Shown: in pieces, positions 1 to 10,580 of the stretch
Layout of the letters: every line of letters starts with the position of its first letter
Position numbering within the stretch: position 1 is the stretch's first letter
NCBI GenBank assembly: GCA_965217585.1
Contig: OZ244561.1
Coordinates: 2,176,001 to 2,240,000, forward strand
Direction of reading: 5' to 3'
Length of the DNA stretch: 64,000 nucleotides
DNA from: Candidatus Latescibacterota bacterium
GTDB lineage: Bacteria > Latescibacterota > UBA2968 > UBA8231
Translations under genes and position numbers: made by a program
The notes under the pieces: generated by a model
The model's input: the letters and a program-made list of their open reading frames with translations, nothing else
What the model was told of the DNA's origin: nothing
Databases searched by the model: none

Positions 1-1
1 C

Positions 2-502
2 CTGCAGGTGTTCTACTATCCTCAGGACACCCCCCTCGAACTCGGCCCCACCGAAGTGCTGCCCGGCTCGCATTTTCTCTTCAACCTCGGGCCGTTTATG
101 GGCCACTATGGCCGGATCAGGGGGACCGCGTCGACCGCGGCACCGGAGGGCACCATTTTCATCACCGCCTACCCGATCTGGCACCGCCGCGGCGCGTCCA
201 CCGCCGAGGGCGTCCGCAATATGCTCAAGTACCTCTACTGGCGCATGGTGCCGCCGCAGCGGGACTGGATCGTCGAGCCCGATTTCAGCCTCGACGACCT
301 CAACGACCTCGAAAGCGCCCTCTACGGCGGCAAGGTGCACCCGGCCAAAGACCAGTTCCACCACTGGCACGACGTCGCCCAGATGTTCTACTGGCTGGCG
401 GGCAAGAAGGACGATTTCCACAACTTTCTCGGCACCGACAGCTGGCCCATGGGCCATCCGCCGCGCCGGCAGCCCGGGGATTTCCACACCTTTCCGTCGT
501 AA
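2..502 (+). CDS. Phytanoyl-CoA dioxygenase (PhyH)-like Fe(II)/2OG oxygenase, 5' partial
   Basis: Open from window edge; 'YYPQDTPLELGPTEVLPGSH' and 'G..FI....IWHR' PhyH-type motifs. Confidence 0.75.
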   Translation: MQVFYYPQDTPLELGPTEVLPGSHFLFNLGPFMGHYGRIRGTASTAAPEGTIFITAYPIWHRRGASTAEGVRNMLKYLYWRMVPPQRDWIVEPDFSLDDLNDLESALYGGKVHPAKDQFHHWHDVAQMFYWLAGKKDDFHNFLGTDSWPMGHPPRRQPGDFHTFPS

Positions 503-505
503 CTC

Positions 506-706
506 CTACGGCCGTCCCAAGTTCCAGAACAGCGCCTTGAGACTGCCCTCACCTTTGTACATATACACCGTAAGAAAATGATCGGGAGATATCTCAATCG
601 TCGGCGTGGTGCTGACTTCGTACAGGTGTTCCGGCAGATGCGGAGGAACCACCGGGAACATCTTTGCCTGGTTGAAGAACGGGGTACCGTCACTTTCGTC
701 ATTCAC
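506..706 (-). pseudogene. Short ORF, probably an orphan C-terminal gene fragment
   Basis: 66 aa; ends '...DHFLTVYMYKGEGSLKALFWNL', resembling a final beta-propeller/BNR-type strand; no convincing start. Confidence 0.25.
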
Positions 707-799
707 CCGAATCTTAAAACCCTTATAAGGGGGATCGGCAGCGTCCTCTTCAACCTGATGTGCGCGGAATTCTGCCGGCGGGGTGTCACGGCCTGCCCC

Positions 800-1426
800 T
801 CACAGGATCTCCCTGCCGAAGTCGGCATAGGTCCCTGCGGCGGAAAGCCTGATTGGGGCGTTGGCTCCGTCCAGCTCGGTCGCCACGGAATCCAGCGCTG
901 CGAAATCGGGGATGGTCCAGACGGCCAAGCCGCCGGGTTCGGGAGCCAGCTTCCCGATTCTCTGGACGAGGAGATTGAGGGTGAACTCAGGATGCTGTTT
1001 TGCACGGCTCTCGTAGAAGCTCCTGACGGCATCCGCGGTGTCATGGGCACCGAAAAACTCGGCGTAGTAAGTACCGTTGCGGGCCGGGACCGGTTCGAGC
1101 AGCGGATCGTAGCAGCCGGCCACGTCGATCCGCGCGACTTGAAAAAACGGCTGTTCTAGGTCGTCCGCCTCGCCGCTGCGAAAGATCCGGTCCCACGCGT
1201 CGATCCTGTCAAGGCCGGCGTTCCGCGTGTGCCAGACCGTCATGTAGCCCGGGTCGGGCCCCAGCCTCCAAGTCCTGCCGACAGACAAGATCAGCTCGTC
1301 CTCGTATCCGCTGTCCCACCCCGCCTGCCCTTGCGCGGCCTGCCTCCTGAAGGTTTCCAGGTCGATGCCAGGGAGCCGACTGATATACTCGATGTAGATA
1401 AGCCCCATGTCAGGATCTTTCATCAA
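800..1426 (-). CDS. Hypothetical protein
   Basis: 208 aa ORF, co-oriented and 8 bp downstream of the oxidoreductase. Confidence 0.65.
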   Translation of the reverse strand: MMKDPDMGLIYIEYISRLPGIDLETFRRQAAQGQAGWDSGYEDELILSVGRTWRLGPDPGYMTVWHTRNAGLDRIDAWDRIFRSGEADDLEQPFFQVARIDVAGCYDPLLEPVPARNGTYYAEFFGAHDTADAVRSFYESRAKQHPEFTLNLLVQRIGKLAPEPGGLAVWTIPDFAALDSVATELDGANAPIRLSAAGTYADFGREIL

Positions 1427-1434
1427 TGTGTGGT

Positions 1435-2505
1435 CTATGAGGGAGATGCGACCTCGACCTCAGAGCCGCAGGCCGCCGACTCGTATAGCGCGTCCATGAG
1501 CCGCTGAATTCGCACGATCTCCCTGCCCGAAACGGGAGACGCCTCACCCTGACGGACGGCGCGCAGGAAATCGTTGATCAGCCGCCTCATATCGTAGTCG
1601 CAAGGCTTCAACGTGCCCCTGGCGGGGGTCTCCTCACGCCACGATCGTCCGTCGTCGGTCCAGATTCTGAGTGGTGAGATGGACGCGGTACCCCGGTCTC
1701 CGAGAAAGGCCCAGCCTTCGCGTCTGTCAGAGGGCGCCTGAAGAAAATTCGCTTCCACAGTCAGGATGGTGTTGCCAGACAGCCGAACGAAGCCGGCACC
1801 GAAGTCCTCGAAATCCGGATCGAGCGACGCCGGATCGATGTCGTCTCGCATGGGTCCGGCCGCCGCCGGGTACTCGGAGACTCGCTGATGGCAGAATGCG
1901 CTGGCGGTCAGCGGTTCGGGGTTGCCAAGCAGCCAGAGCACGAGGTCGAGGTTGTGGATCGTCCAGTGTGCGAGAACGCCGCCGCCGTTCGATCCACGCG
2001 ACCGGTGCGCTCTCCCCGGCAGTCCGTAGGCACACCCTCCCCACGTTCGAACGGCGTGGACGTGACCGAGGACGCCGTCTGCGATTCGGTCTCTCAGGTA
2101 CCGGGACTCGTCCCAGGTTCGGTATTCGAAGCAGATGCTCAGCAGTCGATTGTTCGTTTCGGCGGCGTGGACCATGTCCCGGGCCTCGCCCGCATCCATC
2201 GCCACGGGCTTCTCGCACAGGACGTGACATCCCGCCTCCAGGCACATCACCGCGAGGTTGCGATGACTCGAGGGCAGCGTGGCGATGCTCACGACATCGG
2301 GCTTGGTCTTTTCGAGCATTTCTTCCGCGTCCTGAAATCCGGCGACTGCAAACTGCTTGCCGGCCCGCGACACCCGTTCGGGCTCCAGATCGCATACGCC
2401 CACGAGCGAGCAGACTCCGGCATCTGCTGCCTCCCGGTAGGCCGGCAGATGTTGTGTGGTTGCGATCTGGCCGCACCCGATCACGGCGACTTTCGTCGGA
2501 CTCAT
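1435..2505 (-). CDS. Gfo/Idh/MocA family oxidoreductase
   Basis: GCGQIA Rossmann motif, 'HVLCEKP', 'GGGVL...IHNLD'. Confidence 0.92.
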   Translation of the reverse strand: MSPTKVAVIGCGQIATTQHLPAYREAADAGVCSLVGVCDLEPERVSRAGKQFAVAGFQDAEEMLEKTKPDVVSIATLPSSHRNLAVMCLEAGCHVLCEKPVAMDAGEARDMVHAAETNNRLLSICFEYRTWDESRYLRDRIADGVLGHVHAVRTWGGCAYGLPGRAHRSRGSNGGGVLAHWTIHNLDLVLWLLGNPEPLTASAFCHQRVSEYPAAAGPMRDDIDPASLDPDFEDFGAGFVRLSGNTILTVEANFLQAPSDRREGWAFLGDRGTASISPLRIWTDDGRSWREETPARGTLKPCDYDMRRLINDFLRAVRQGEASPVSGREIVRIQRLMDALYESAACGSEVEVASPS

Positions 2506-4451
2506 GAGCTCCTCTCAATACGCTTTATCACGCGTTGCAAAACCCACTCACCAACGATCGTATTTTTTTGCGCGCGATACATGGTCTGAACAGGCGGAAT
2601 CAACGCATCCCAATCTGGTTCAAAAGGGCCGTAACAAACCGGGTTATCCAGCGCAGCTTGCAAAGCGGGGATCAACGCCTTCATCTGCGCCAGGATCTCT
2701 CGGCTATAAAAAGACAAATTTGCACCCGCTCGAAACCGTGCCCAGAGCAGATCACTTTGCAACGCCCGTTCCAATGCAGGCATCACGCCTTCTGTATGGT
2801 CGTTTTGGCAAAGCAAGTCAGCCGCCGCAAGACTCACACTGATCGATTCATCCTGAACAAGTGGACCGATCTTTTGCAGAACTGTATCCTCCACCTCATA
2901 CGACATCAACCCCGTAATCGCCCAATAACGCACAGCACTATCGGGATCATCAAGTCGGTCAATTAACCCAGCTCTGCCAGCTTCACCTAATCGAGGAAAA
3001 TCTGCTGTCTCCAGAATATGCGCATAGTTTTCGCAATGTGCGCCCACTTCATAATTCACGCCGTCATACGCAGTCGCTCGCACGATCATCTCAGTTTCAT
3101 CGATCAGCCCCAGATCTCGCGTCTCAATCATCCACTCAAACAACTGCGTTCGCAGCTGATCTTTGAGATCACTGTATTCAGGATCATCAGCCAGATTGGC
3201 AATCTCTTCCGGGTCATTCTCAACATCATACAGTTCTTCAAATGGCTTCTTTGCCTGCCAGATCAAATATGCAGAATACGCCTCGGGAATCGGCATCAAA
3301 AACACACCATCGGGATCGTGCACTTTCAACTCTCCGGGCAAACACGACGTATCCCAGAAATCATGCTCAGGTGTTCCTTGTTCGGGTGGCGTCGCAAAGA
3401 AACCACCATCTGGCCAAAACGAAGCATAGGGGCGATGAGGCAAAAAGTTGCGAATGTAGCGATATTGCTCACGCCGAATCGTGCGAATCATCTCATTGCA
3501 ATTGTCCAGGCGATCCCGCGCCCCACAGACATAATCGCGATACGGTTCTTTTTGCTTACCCAGAAATGCCTGTCCTTGAAAATGTTTGGGAATCTGCACA
3601 TCCATCATGCTCAAAACAGATGCGCCCATATCCATCGTCATCACCAGATCATCCACCACCGTTCCCGGCGGTCCTGATGCCAGATGTTGATATTTGTCGG
3701 GAAAGCGAATAATCAACGGCACCCGCAAACCATCTTCATAAACGTGCGTCTTGCCCCTCGGAAAACCTGTACCATGATCAGACCAAAAGAAAACAATCGT
3801 ATTGTCCAGCACACCCGCGGATAGCAAATTTTCTATCACCTTGCCCACGTGACGATCAACCTGCATCAAGCCATCGTAAAAAAGAGCGGTGCGTTCTCTC
3901 GCCAGCGGTGTATCAGGCATAAAAACAGGAAGTGGTGCATTGTCGGGATCGTGCAATTCTTCATCCTTTAACAAGCTCGATCGCTGTTCTCGCGCTTGCT
4001 CTGGAGTCAGTTTAAATACACTGGCATGGGACTCACGGAAGCTATGGACGGCAAAAAAAGGCTTCTCATCCGCCCGCTCCAAAAGCGCATCATTGCTCTG
4101 ATACGCTGCCCATTCGTCAGGATCAATGTCTGTGTTCAAATCAGTATTGATCGCCGAACAGTTATACCCTGCTGCCATCAGATAATGCGGCAACATTTGC
4201 ACAAAGTCAGGACGTCTGGCAAAACTTCGATGATGATGCGTACCCACAGTCGTTTGATGCATTCCGGTAAAAATACTTGTGCGCGCGGGTGAACAAATAG
4301 GCCCACAGGCAAGAGCGTTCGCATAGCGAACGCCTTCTTCAGCCAGCTTATCGAGATGAGGGGTTGTGGCATAATCATCGCCATAACACCCCAGATTCCT
4401 CGCACTCACATCGTGTGTATTTATCCAGACAAAATTCGGTCGTTCCGCCAA
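2502..4451 (-). CDS. Formylglycine-dependent sulfatase with C-terminal HEAT-like repeats
   Basis: 'RPNFVWI', CSPAR (CxPxR) motif, 'WSDHG', 'ELYD...DPEE..NLA'; tail 'DDPDSAVRYWA', 'DESISVSLAAA'; ATGA overlap with next gene. Confidence 0.92.
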   Translation of the reverse strand: MAERPNFVWINTHDVSARNLGCYGDDYATTPHLDKLAEEGVRYANALACGPICSPARTSIFTGMHQTTVGTHHHRSFARRPDFVQMLPHYLMAAGYNCSAINTDLNTDIDPDEWAAYQSNDALLERADEKPFFAVHSFRESHASVFKLTPEQAREQRSSLLKDEELHDPDNAPLPVFMPDTPLARERTALFYDGLMQVDRHVGKVIENLLSAGVLDNTIVFFWSDHGTGFPRGKTHVYEDGLRVPLIIRFPDKYQHLASGPPGTVVDDLVMTMDMGASVLSMMDVQIPKHFQGQAFLGKQKEPYRDYVCGARDRLDNCNEMIRTIRREQYRYIRNFLPHRPYASFWPDGGFFATPPEQGTPEHDFWDTSCLPGELKVHDPDGVFLMPIPEAYSAYLIWQAKKPFEELYDVENDPEEIANLADDPEYSDLKDQLRTQLFEWMIETRDLGLIDETEMIVRATAYDGVNYEVGAHCENYAHILETADFPRLGEAGRAGLIDRLDDPDSAVRYWAITGLMSYEVEDTVLQKIGPLVQDESISVSLAAADLLCQNDHTEGVMPALERALQSDLLWARFRAGANLSFYSREILAQMKALIPALQAALDNPVCYGPFEPDWDALIPPVQTMYRAQKNTIVGEWVLQRVIKRIERSS

Positions 4452-4452
4452 A

Positions 4453-4626
4453 TCAATTCCTCGCTAACATTTCTGGCGATCGCGGTGAACCATCTTCATT
4501 TCTAATCGGATGAGAAAGCATGAGGATTCTCTCATCGTCATCTACTATAACCGCAGCAAGGGCAATCGCATGACAGGCCAGTGACTTGCCATTGGAATCC
4601 TCAATTATTGGTTGGTTATTCGACAT
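4453..4626 (-). pseudogene. Truncated NUDIX-hydrolase-like N-terminal fragment
   Basis: MSNNQPIIEDSNGKSLACHAIALAAVIVDDDERILMLSHP... ends before any Nudix box; preceded by core site GTTAGAC (4652-4646). Confidence 0.45.
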
Positions 4627-4790
4627 GTATCAGATATTGACTTTCGTCTAACGTTTTACCAGTTGCCGACAGGCCAAGCTATTCCAATCAGTGCCTCCGG
4701 TCGCATCGTCTTATCCTCTGCAATTGTAGAGAGAAACCGTTGAGCTTCGCCGTGATCTGGGTTTCAAGGGCTCTTACCCACTGCCTCTAA

Positions 4791-5123
4791 CTATAGTCCA
4801 TAGAAGTCGTAAAACACCTCGACTTCACTGCGAGGACGATATGCCTGCAGTGGGAAGCAAGCCCGAACTTGCTCAGCATGGTTCAGCTCTCCTGCAGCCG
4901 ACAGTAGGGTCTTGGCGGGCTCTTCCCGGACCCGCCATGAGTGATCGAAAAACTGCCCCCAGATCATCAAGAACTGAAGATCTGGATCCTCATTTAGGAC
5001 CATGTCCTCGACCGTAACTCTGGCGTCGCCCCCAAGGTCCATACTTACTTGAAGTGCGGTGTAATCTGTCACCGCAACTGCTGAGCGCAAGCCCAGTTGC
5101 TCCGCGACCAACCCTGCAATCAT
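4791..5123 (-). CDS. Hypothetical protein (possibly a fragment)
   Basis: 110 aa ORF with ATGA overlap to upstream gene. Confidence 0.45.
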   Translation of the reverse strand: MIAGLVAEQLGLRSAVAVTDYTALQVSMDLGGDARVTVEDMVLNEDPDLQFLMIWGQFFDHSWRVREEPAKTLLSAAGELNHAEQVRACFPLQAYRPRSEVEVFYDFYGL

Positions 5124-6061
5124 GACAGCCCCCTATTCCACCGCTCGTATTCGGCGACTACATCTTCCCGTCCGGCGAATGGTTTGTACACCATCCGGGC
5201 ACGATAGCCATAAGGCTGGTCGACGATCGGACTCCGGATTGCGAACTGCCAATCCCAGGCTGGACTATGGGGATCACTCTTTCCACCTGTGGTTCGGATG
5301 AAATTCCACATTGCAAAACGGATGGAATCGACCTGATCGAACATCATGATATAGACCATGGTATCGTCCACTGTGTCGAGATTGCCGTCGCCGTCGACTA
5401 GACCGTAGTAGAACGGAAGAAGGAACTTCTTGACAGGATCTTCCAGTATGTTCAGCGTATCTGCCTCCCTCTCATACGGCAAATCCGGTACCCCAACAGC
5501 AGACACTGTACCAGTCTCGAAGCCTTCTGCTGACTCCTCCTTCGCATCCCCGAAGCTTGTCCACCCTTCGCAGCCGTCCTTCTCACCATAAAGATGGATG
5601 CGCCGTTCTCGGGTGCGGTTCATATAGCTTGCCCACATAAATGCCACATACCCCAGCGGAAATCGATCTTCGTGCAGCGTAACGGTGAATGTCATATCGA
5701 TCGCATTTTCCTCCCGCAGGACATACCGCATCTCGCTATCAATCTGCCAGGTCGAATCACCTACCCGGTGTATGATCGACGCTTCATTATCCGCATGGGA
5801 GACTAAGGATTGAGGGTCCAGACGCGGGGTGAACCGGTTGATATCGCGGTCGGCTGCTACCCCATTCAGGATGTGCTCAAAATTAAGGCCCACTGCATCG
5901 TCGCGGTACAGATTTTGATGCGGAAAGGCAGTATGTACGAGTGGACGAAATCCCGCGCCCATGATGGCCTCACCAGGCACATCCTCGACGATGGTGCCAA
6001 TGAAATGGTTACTGAAAATAGAGCTCTGTGGGATCACACTGCCCTCCCAATAAAAAATCAA
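5120..6061 (-). CDS. Hypothetical protein
   Basis: 313 aa ORF; real start may be the GTG near 6037 after GGGAGG. Confidence 0.7.
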   Translation of the reverse strand: MIFYWEGSVIPQSSIFSNHFIGTIVEDVPGEAIMGAGFRPLVHTAFPHQNLYRDDAVGLNFEHILNGVAADRDINRFTPRLDPQSLVSHADNEASIIHRVGDSTWQIDSEMRYVLREENAIDMTFTVTLHEDRFPLGYVAFMWASYMNRTRERRIHLYGEKDGCEGWTSFGDAKEESAEGFETGTVSAVGVPDLPYEREADTLNILEDPVKKFLLPFYYGLVDGDGNLDTVDDTMVYIMMFDQVDSIRFAMWNFIRTTGGKSDPHSPAWDWQFAIRSPIVDQPYGYRARMVYKPFAGREDVVAEYERWNRGLS

Positions 6062-6195
6062 GATGGAAAAGTTGTTGCTCTTTGTGCACGATTTTTCGGA
6101 GTAGGCTCGCGTAGTCGGGTGATCATGTTGACGATTCCAGCATCCAGTTGTCGAGAACGGCTTTCATGCCCTCGGGCAAACCCGTCTAGTCCATG

Positions 6196-6978
6196 TCATC
6201 TTTTTTCACCGATTTCAGCGATGGTATCGCCGGTTATTTTGATGGTGTGGGTGTCTACGCGCTCAACGTCCTCACGGGCAGCTTGGGCCTCGGCACTAGC
6301 AGCGGACTGATATTCGGTCACGAAAATATACGGGGATGGGATTGTATAAGGTGCGATTTCCCCGATCCGCCCCATGGCCTTGCGAGCGCCCTCGCGGATC
6401 AAATCCCGAGCTTTAGTGGGAGAGAGGGTGAGAGCACCCGTGCGGCTGAGCCCCTCTTTCACGACAACGCCTTCGATGGCAGGAACGTAACGTCGGGCCT
6501 CGTCCACAGCAGCCCGATCCCCGCTGACGAAAACCGTGGGCACGCCAACCTCACCGGCATGAGCCATGTTGAAACCAATTTCACCGATCAGTTCATCGTT
6601 CAACCAGCAGTTGGCAATGCTGCGGGAGCTCCAGCTGTGACACAGCACACCATTAGGTGTGTTGTCCATCGCGTGATGGCCATACAAAAACTGCGCCGCA
6701 AATGTCAATCCCATCTCCCACACAGAGCCCCTGGGGCGGCCGAATATCACCCGGGCTTCACGGTGGATATGTTCGATATTGATTCCACCACTGCCGTGTC
6801 CGTCCAGCACGATAGGATCTGTGGCGCCTCCTTCTATAGCACCGTCTATGAGGGCGTTGATCTCCAGAGTGGCCAGATATTTGGCCTGTTCGTTGTCGCG
6901 ACCCCCGTCGTAAGTCTGAGTTTTGAAATCTACGATGCCGGCCGTGCCCTCCAAATCGCACAAGATAAGAATTCTCAT
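6196..6978 (-). CDS. dppA: M55 family D-aminopeptidase (DppA-like)
   Basis: 'MRILILCDLEG', 'DGHG', 'YGHHA...GVLCHS', 'GE...N', 'SGD' motifs; start moved to ATG 6978. Confidence 0.85.
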   Translation of the reverse strand: MRILILCDLEGTAGIVDFKTQTYDGGRDNEQAKYLATLEINALIDGAIEGGATDPIVLDGHGSGGINIEHIHREARVIFGRPRGSVWEMGLTFAAQFLYGHHAMDNTPNGVLCHSWSSRSIANCWLNDELIGEIGFNMAHAGEVGVPTVFVSGDRAAVDEARRYVPAIEGVVVKEGLSRTGALTLSPTKARDLIREGARKAMGRIGEIAPYTIPSPYIFVTEYQSAASAEAQAAREDVERVDTHTIKITGDTIAEIGEKR

Positions 6979-7019
6979 GGAAAGTCTCCTGATGAGCTTG
7001 CTGCCCCCGCAGGCAGGAG

Positions 7020-8027
7020 TTAGGTGTTGAGAGCAGGGCCCCAATATTTCCAGAGGTTCCGCGCTACGTCGTATCGCTTGAGCCTCCGGCCTGGGTGCCC
7101 CGGCGGTAGAAAACCGGTCGCCGCCGCTTGCTCGTCACGCTCCACCGGGGTGTTACCAACGTGCGGTGACGGCACCGGGGGCGACCATGGCGTGCCATCC
7201 TCGTCAGGAAACATGACCATGGGTGCCTGCTCGCGCATTTCCCTGTGGGAGTACCGGGCAAACTGCGCCACCCGCGGTTGCCGTGACCCCGCCGCGTTAA
7301 TCGAACCGACGTGCGTAGTGAGGCCGTGGAGCAGCATTGCGTCGCCAGCTCGCCCCGTCATGCATACCACCTCGCCCACACGGGGATCCCCCTCGAGGAG
7401 CGCCCGGTGCCCGCCACTCCGCACGGGCTCTGTGAAGAGGTACGAGCCGTCGAATTGCTCGGGATGCTCAAGGAAGTATCGGTGGTTCGCCAAGTGCGAC
7501 CTTGGCCAGTAGGCCGTGCCTCCGCCCGTAGGGCTGCTGACGTCCCAGAGCAGCACGGCGAAAAACGCCATGAACCCACCGCCCCAGCCTGACGCGTACC
7601 CATCGAGGTGCCCGTCGACAGGGGGGGCCCACTCCGTACCCGGAGCGCTCGGCAGGATCACCCGGGTCATCGGCACCTGCGGCGTCCACGGCAACCCCGC
7701 TGGGTGGGAGGGGGCAAAAGCGCCGCCACCGATCTGCTCGACGATGGACCGCAGGCTCGGTAACTCGTACAGGTTGGGGCTGAGCTCGGGCCAACCACCC
7801 TCGGGTGCGTACCGCCCGGCAGGCCAGGTGTTGGGGTCGTCGAGGTCGACGCCGTCGGAGCAAGCGACGCGTATTTGGGCCTGCCACCCGTCAAGCACAT
7901 CAGGAGGTACCAATCCCGGAATCGCGAGCGCCCCCTCTGCTTTGAACTCGTCCAGCTGCGCCGGTGACAGCAGCATGCTCGGCCTGGGGCCGGGCCCGTA
8001 ACTTTCTGATTTATTCACTATTAACAC
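7020..8027 (-). CDS. PhyH-like Fe(II)/2OG dioxygenase
   Basis: 'LSPAQLDEFKAEG', HLD facial-triad motif, 'GGGTAYWPRSH', 'GDAMLLHGLTTH'. Confidence 0.8.
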   Translation of the reverse strand: MLIVNKSESYGPGPRPSMLLSPAQLDEFKAEGALAIPGLVPPDVLDGWQAQIRVACSDGVDLDDPNTWPAGRYAPEGGWPELSPNLYELPSLRSIVEQIGGGAFAPSHPAGLPWTPQVPMTRVILPSAPGTEWAPPVDGHLDGYASGWGGGFMAFFAVLLWDVSSPTGGGTAYWPRSHLANHRYFLEHPEQFDGSYLFTEPVRSGGHRALLEGDPRVGEVVCMTGRAGDAMLLHGLTTHVGSINAAGSRQPRVAQFARYSHREMREQAPMVMFPDEDGTPWSPPVPSPHVGNTPVERDEQAAATGFLPPGHPGRRLKRYDVARNLWKYWGPALNT

Positions 8028-8108
8028 TCCATAGGTAAACCCGTGACATGAAGTCGGTATTCAGCCGTTCGTTAAGTTCCCAGAATGCGATTCGGTTGCT
8101 TTCCCATG

Positions 8109-8678
8109 TCACGCCGTGCGGTTTGCTCTGCCGTCTCGATCTGAGAATTGCCTGAATTCCGCCTCCAAGATCGAATAATTCACTCGGTCATACCAACGTC
8201 CGCCAAAGAAAAACGTATCGCGTTGATGTCCCTCTAATTGGAAACCACACTTTTCGAGCACCCGGATCGCGGGACTGTTGAATGCCACTGGATTCGCCGC
8301 TAGGCGATGGAGTCCCAGATGATCAAATGCATAGCTGACGATGAGCTGGAGGGCGTTCGTGCCATACCCTTTCCCGCGATCGGATATCCTGGCAAAGCCT
8401 AATCCCAGCTCTGCAGACCGGTCTTGCCAGTCGATACTGTGTAGCTGAACATGCCCGATAATCTTTCCTTCCAAGGTGAAAATGCCGAAATCAATTCCAG
8501 TCTGACCTTGCTTACCTTGAATTTCTTCAAACCATTTGTCGGCCTGTTCTTGAGCAAGTCCTGGCTGAACGTGCTCCGTCGGGACATCCCCGGCGGTTTC
8601 CGTCATCTCCCACAGCGTATGGCAATGTTCCCGTTCCAAAGCCCGTAGGGCCACATGTTCACCTCGAAGTTCGATCAC
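8109..8678 (-). CDS. GNAT acetyltransferase, RimJ/RimL family
   Basis: 'RGKGYGT', 'LGLHRL', 'N..AIRVLEKCGFQLEG'. Confidence 0.9.
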   Translation of the reverse strand: MIELRGEHVALRALEREHCHTLWEMTETAGDVPTEHVQPGLAQEQADKWFEEIQGKQGQTGIDFGIFTLEGKIIGHVQLHSIDWQDRSAELGLGFARISDRGKGYGTNALQLIVSYAFDHLGLHRLAANPVAFNSPAIRVLEKCGFQLEGHQRDTFFFGGRWYDRVNYSILEAEFRQFSDRDGRANRTA

Positions 8679-8705
8679 AGTGTTATCGGCTGTGGTCTGC
8701 CAGTC

Positions 8706-9191
8706 TCAATTACTACTCAACAGCAGGCCCACCAGAAGGGCAGGGTGCGCTACAGCCAACAGCACCGTAGCCAACCCGAATCCGAGTCGGTGACGGCCAA
8801 CCAACTCGAAACACTGAAACCAACGTGAGGGGCGTATGTCGTCTGCGCCCCGCAAAGAATGGGATAGGTCCGCCAAGACCAGGGCGAGGAGGCCGAAAGC
8901 ACCCAGCAGTATGAATATCAGGCGGACGGAACTAAGAAATGCAAACAACTGACCTAAGGTGACCGAAGAGTTCGTGCCTGTGAACGTCGTCCGTTCGTCG
9001 GTCAGTAGTTGCACCAGGAAGGGATCAGCATACTGCCCCAAGGATTTCAGACAGAAAAAGATAACAATCCAATACGGGCTCTGAATTGCAAATGATCGTC
9101 GAAGAGTCTGGGCGATCGCTATCAAAGCGACTAGGAAAGCGATTTGTAGGGACCCAGCGAAAATCCACATCGAGAGGATGATATTCTCCAT
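8706..9191 (-). CDS. Hypothetical membrane protein
   Basis: 161 aa with about 4 hydrophobic segments; RBS AGGAGG. Confidence 0.6.
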   Translation of the reverse strand: MENIILSMWIFAGSLQIAFLVALIAIAQTLRRSFAIQSPYWIVIFFCLKSLGQYADPFLVQLLTDERTTFTGTNSSVTLGQLFAFLSSVRLIFILLGAFGLLALVLADLSHSLRGADDIRPSRWFQCFELVGRHRLGFGLATVLLAVAHPALLVGLLLSSN

Positions 9192-9220
9192 CTTGGTGCC
9201 TCCTGATCACTGTCCCGATT

Positions 9221-10435
9221 TCACGCTTGCTGTGGCCCGCGCTCGATCTCCATCTCGTCGACAAGGGCCTGATTCTGTGGCGTCCGCTGGGCGGCTGGCC
9301 CGTAGTGATCGATTACACTTGTGCCAGCAGTGTCGCTGACGCGCACAATCGCGTCCGAGCGGTCGCGGAGTCCGGCCTTGAGACGAGTGCCGATACCCGG
9401 TCTATCGGGTGCGTGGAGGAATCCATCGTGAATGTCCACGTTAGGGTCCACTACCTCGTTGTACCAACCCTTATACATCGACGGCACGTGCTCCATGATC
9501 ATGCCATTGGGGGCGTTCATGAGGATCTGTGCACACGCAAATATGTTTACGGGGCCGGTGGCGTCGTGGGGTGCAATTGGAACCTGATGCGCGGATGATA
9601 GGATGGCGAGCTTGTGAGTTTCAGAGATGCCGCCGGTCCAAATCAGGTCTGGCATAACGATACGAGCGGAACCGTTCTCGATGAAGTGACGGAGTTGCCA
9701 GCGCGTGAGCAGCCGCTCGGATATACAGACTGGCGTCTTCGTGGCGGCCTGCAGCCGGGCCAGGGCATCCGGGTTGAGCAGCGGCATCAGATCTTCCTGC
9801 CACATGATCTCGTACGGCTCCATAGCCTGCGCGATGCGGATGGCAACGGGTAGCGTCCACTTGCCGTGACCGTCGTTGGCGATCTGCATATCCATGCCTA
9901 CTGCGTCTCGAATATCTCGGATGGGTTTCAGCGCCATATCGAGTTCTTTCGGCGTTAGCGACTGACCATCCGTGGCCTGGGCAAGCACAATCGTGGGACC
10001 ACCCTTCATCGCGGTAAACCCCTGATCGAGATAATACTTGGCCTTCTCTCCCGCGCCCTCGTAGGGCAAGTCATTCACGTAAGCGGGGATCTTCTTCCGC
10101 ACGGCGCCGCCCAGTAGTTCGTATATCGGGAGGGCCACGGCCTGCCCCTTGATATCCCAGAGCGCCATGTCTATGGCGGAGATTGCGCGCATCTCAGCAC
10201 CGCCGTACCCGGCATGATCCGATAACCGGAACATGGCCTCCCAGTGGCGCTCGATGGCCCCTGGCTCGCGTCCGATAAGCAGGGGACCGAACCAATCGTG
10301 GACGGCTGCATCCACCACCTGCGGCGCGTAAAAGGTCTCACCCAGTCCTATGATCCCCGTGTCAGTGTGAATCTGTACCCATATGATCTGCGGCTGCGAC
10401 TCGATTCGGATGGTCTCGATCTGCTTGATAATCAT
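9221..10435 (-). CDS. Mandelate racemase/muconate lactonizing enzyme family (sugar-acid dehydratase-like)
   Basis: 'AISAIDMALWDIKG...P.YELLGG', 'WQED', 'SER', 'PD...GG', 'APH', 'PG.G'. Confidence 0.9.
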   Translation of the reverse strand: MIIKQIETIRIESQPQIIWVQIHTDTGIIGLGETFYAPQVVDAAVHDWFGPLLIGREPGAIERHWEAMFRLSDHAGYGGAEMRAISAIDMALWDIKGQAVALPIYELLGGAVRKKIPAYVNDLPYEGAGEKAKYYLDQGFTAMKGGPTIVLAQATDGQSLTPKELDMALKPIRDIRDAVGMDMQIANDGHGKWTLPVAIRIAQAMEPYEIMWQEDLMPLLNPDALARLQAATKTPVCISERLLTRWQLRHFIENGSARIVMPDLIWTGGISETHKLAILSSAHQVPIAPHDATGPVNIFACAQILMNAPNGMIMEHVPSMYKGWYNEVVDPNVDIHDGFLHAPDRPGIGTRLKAGLRDRSDAIVRVSDTAGTSVIDHYGPAAQRTPQNQALVDEMEIERGPQQA

Positions 10436-10580
10436 CTCGGTATCATTTCTCCCGTGATGGGCTGATTGCGGGTCTGCAAGCCCACCTTATTCACATGGAT
10501 TAAGGCAGTGATGAGCTGCGCAGGCTCACCGTCAGTTGCGTCCCACGATGGCATGATTTACTCCTTGAACCGAATTATTC

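Noticed and set aside
10432-10554. 40-aa ORF MPSWDAT... with a good RBS
   Set aside because: Too short to assign; probably another truncated gene start.
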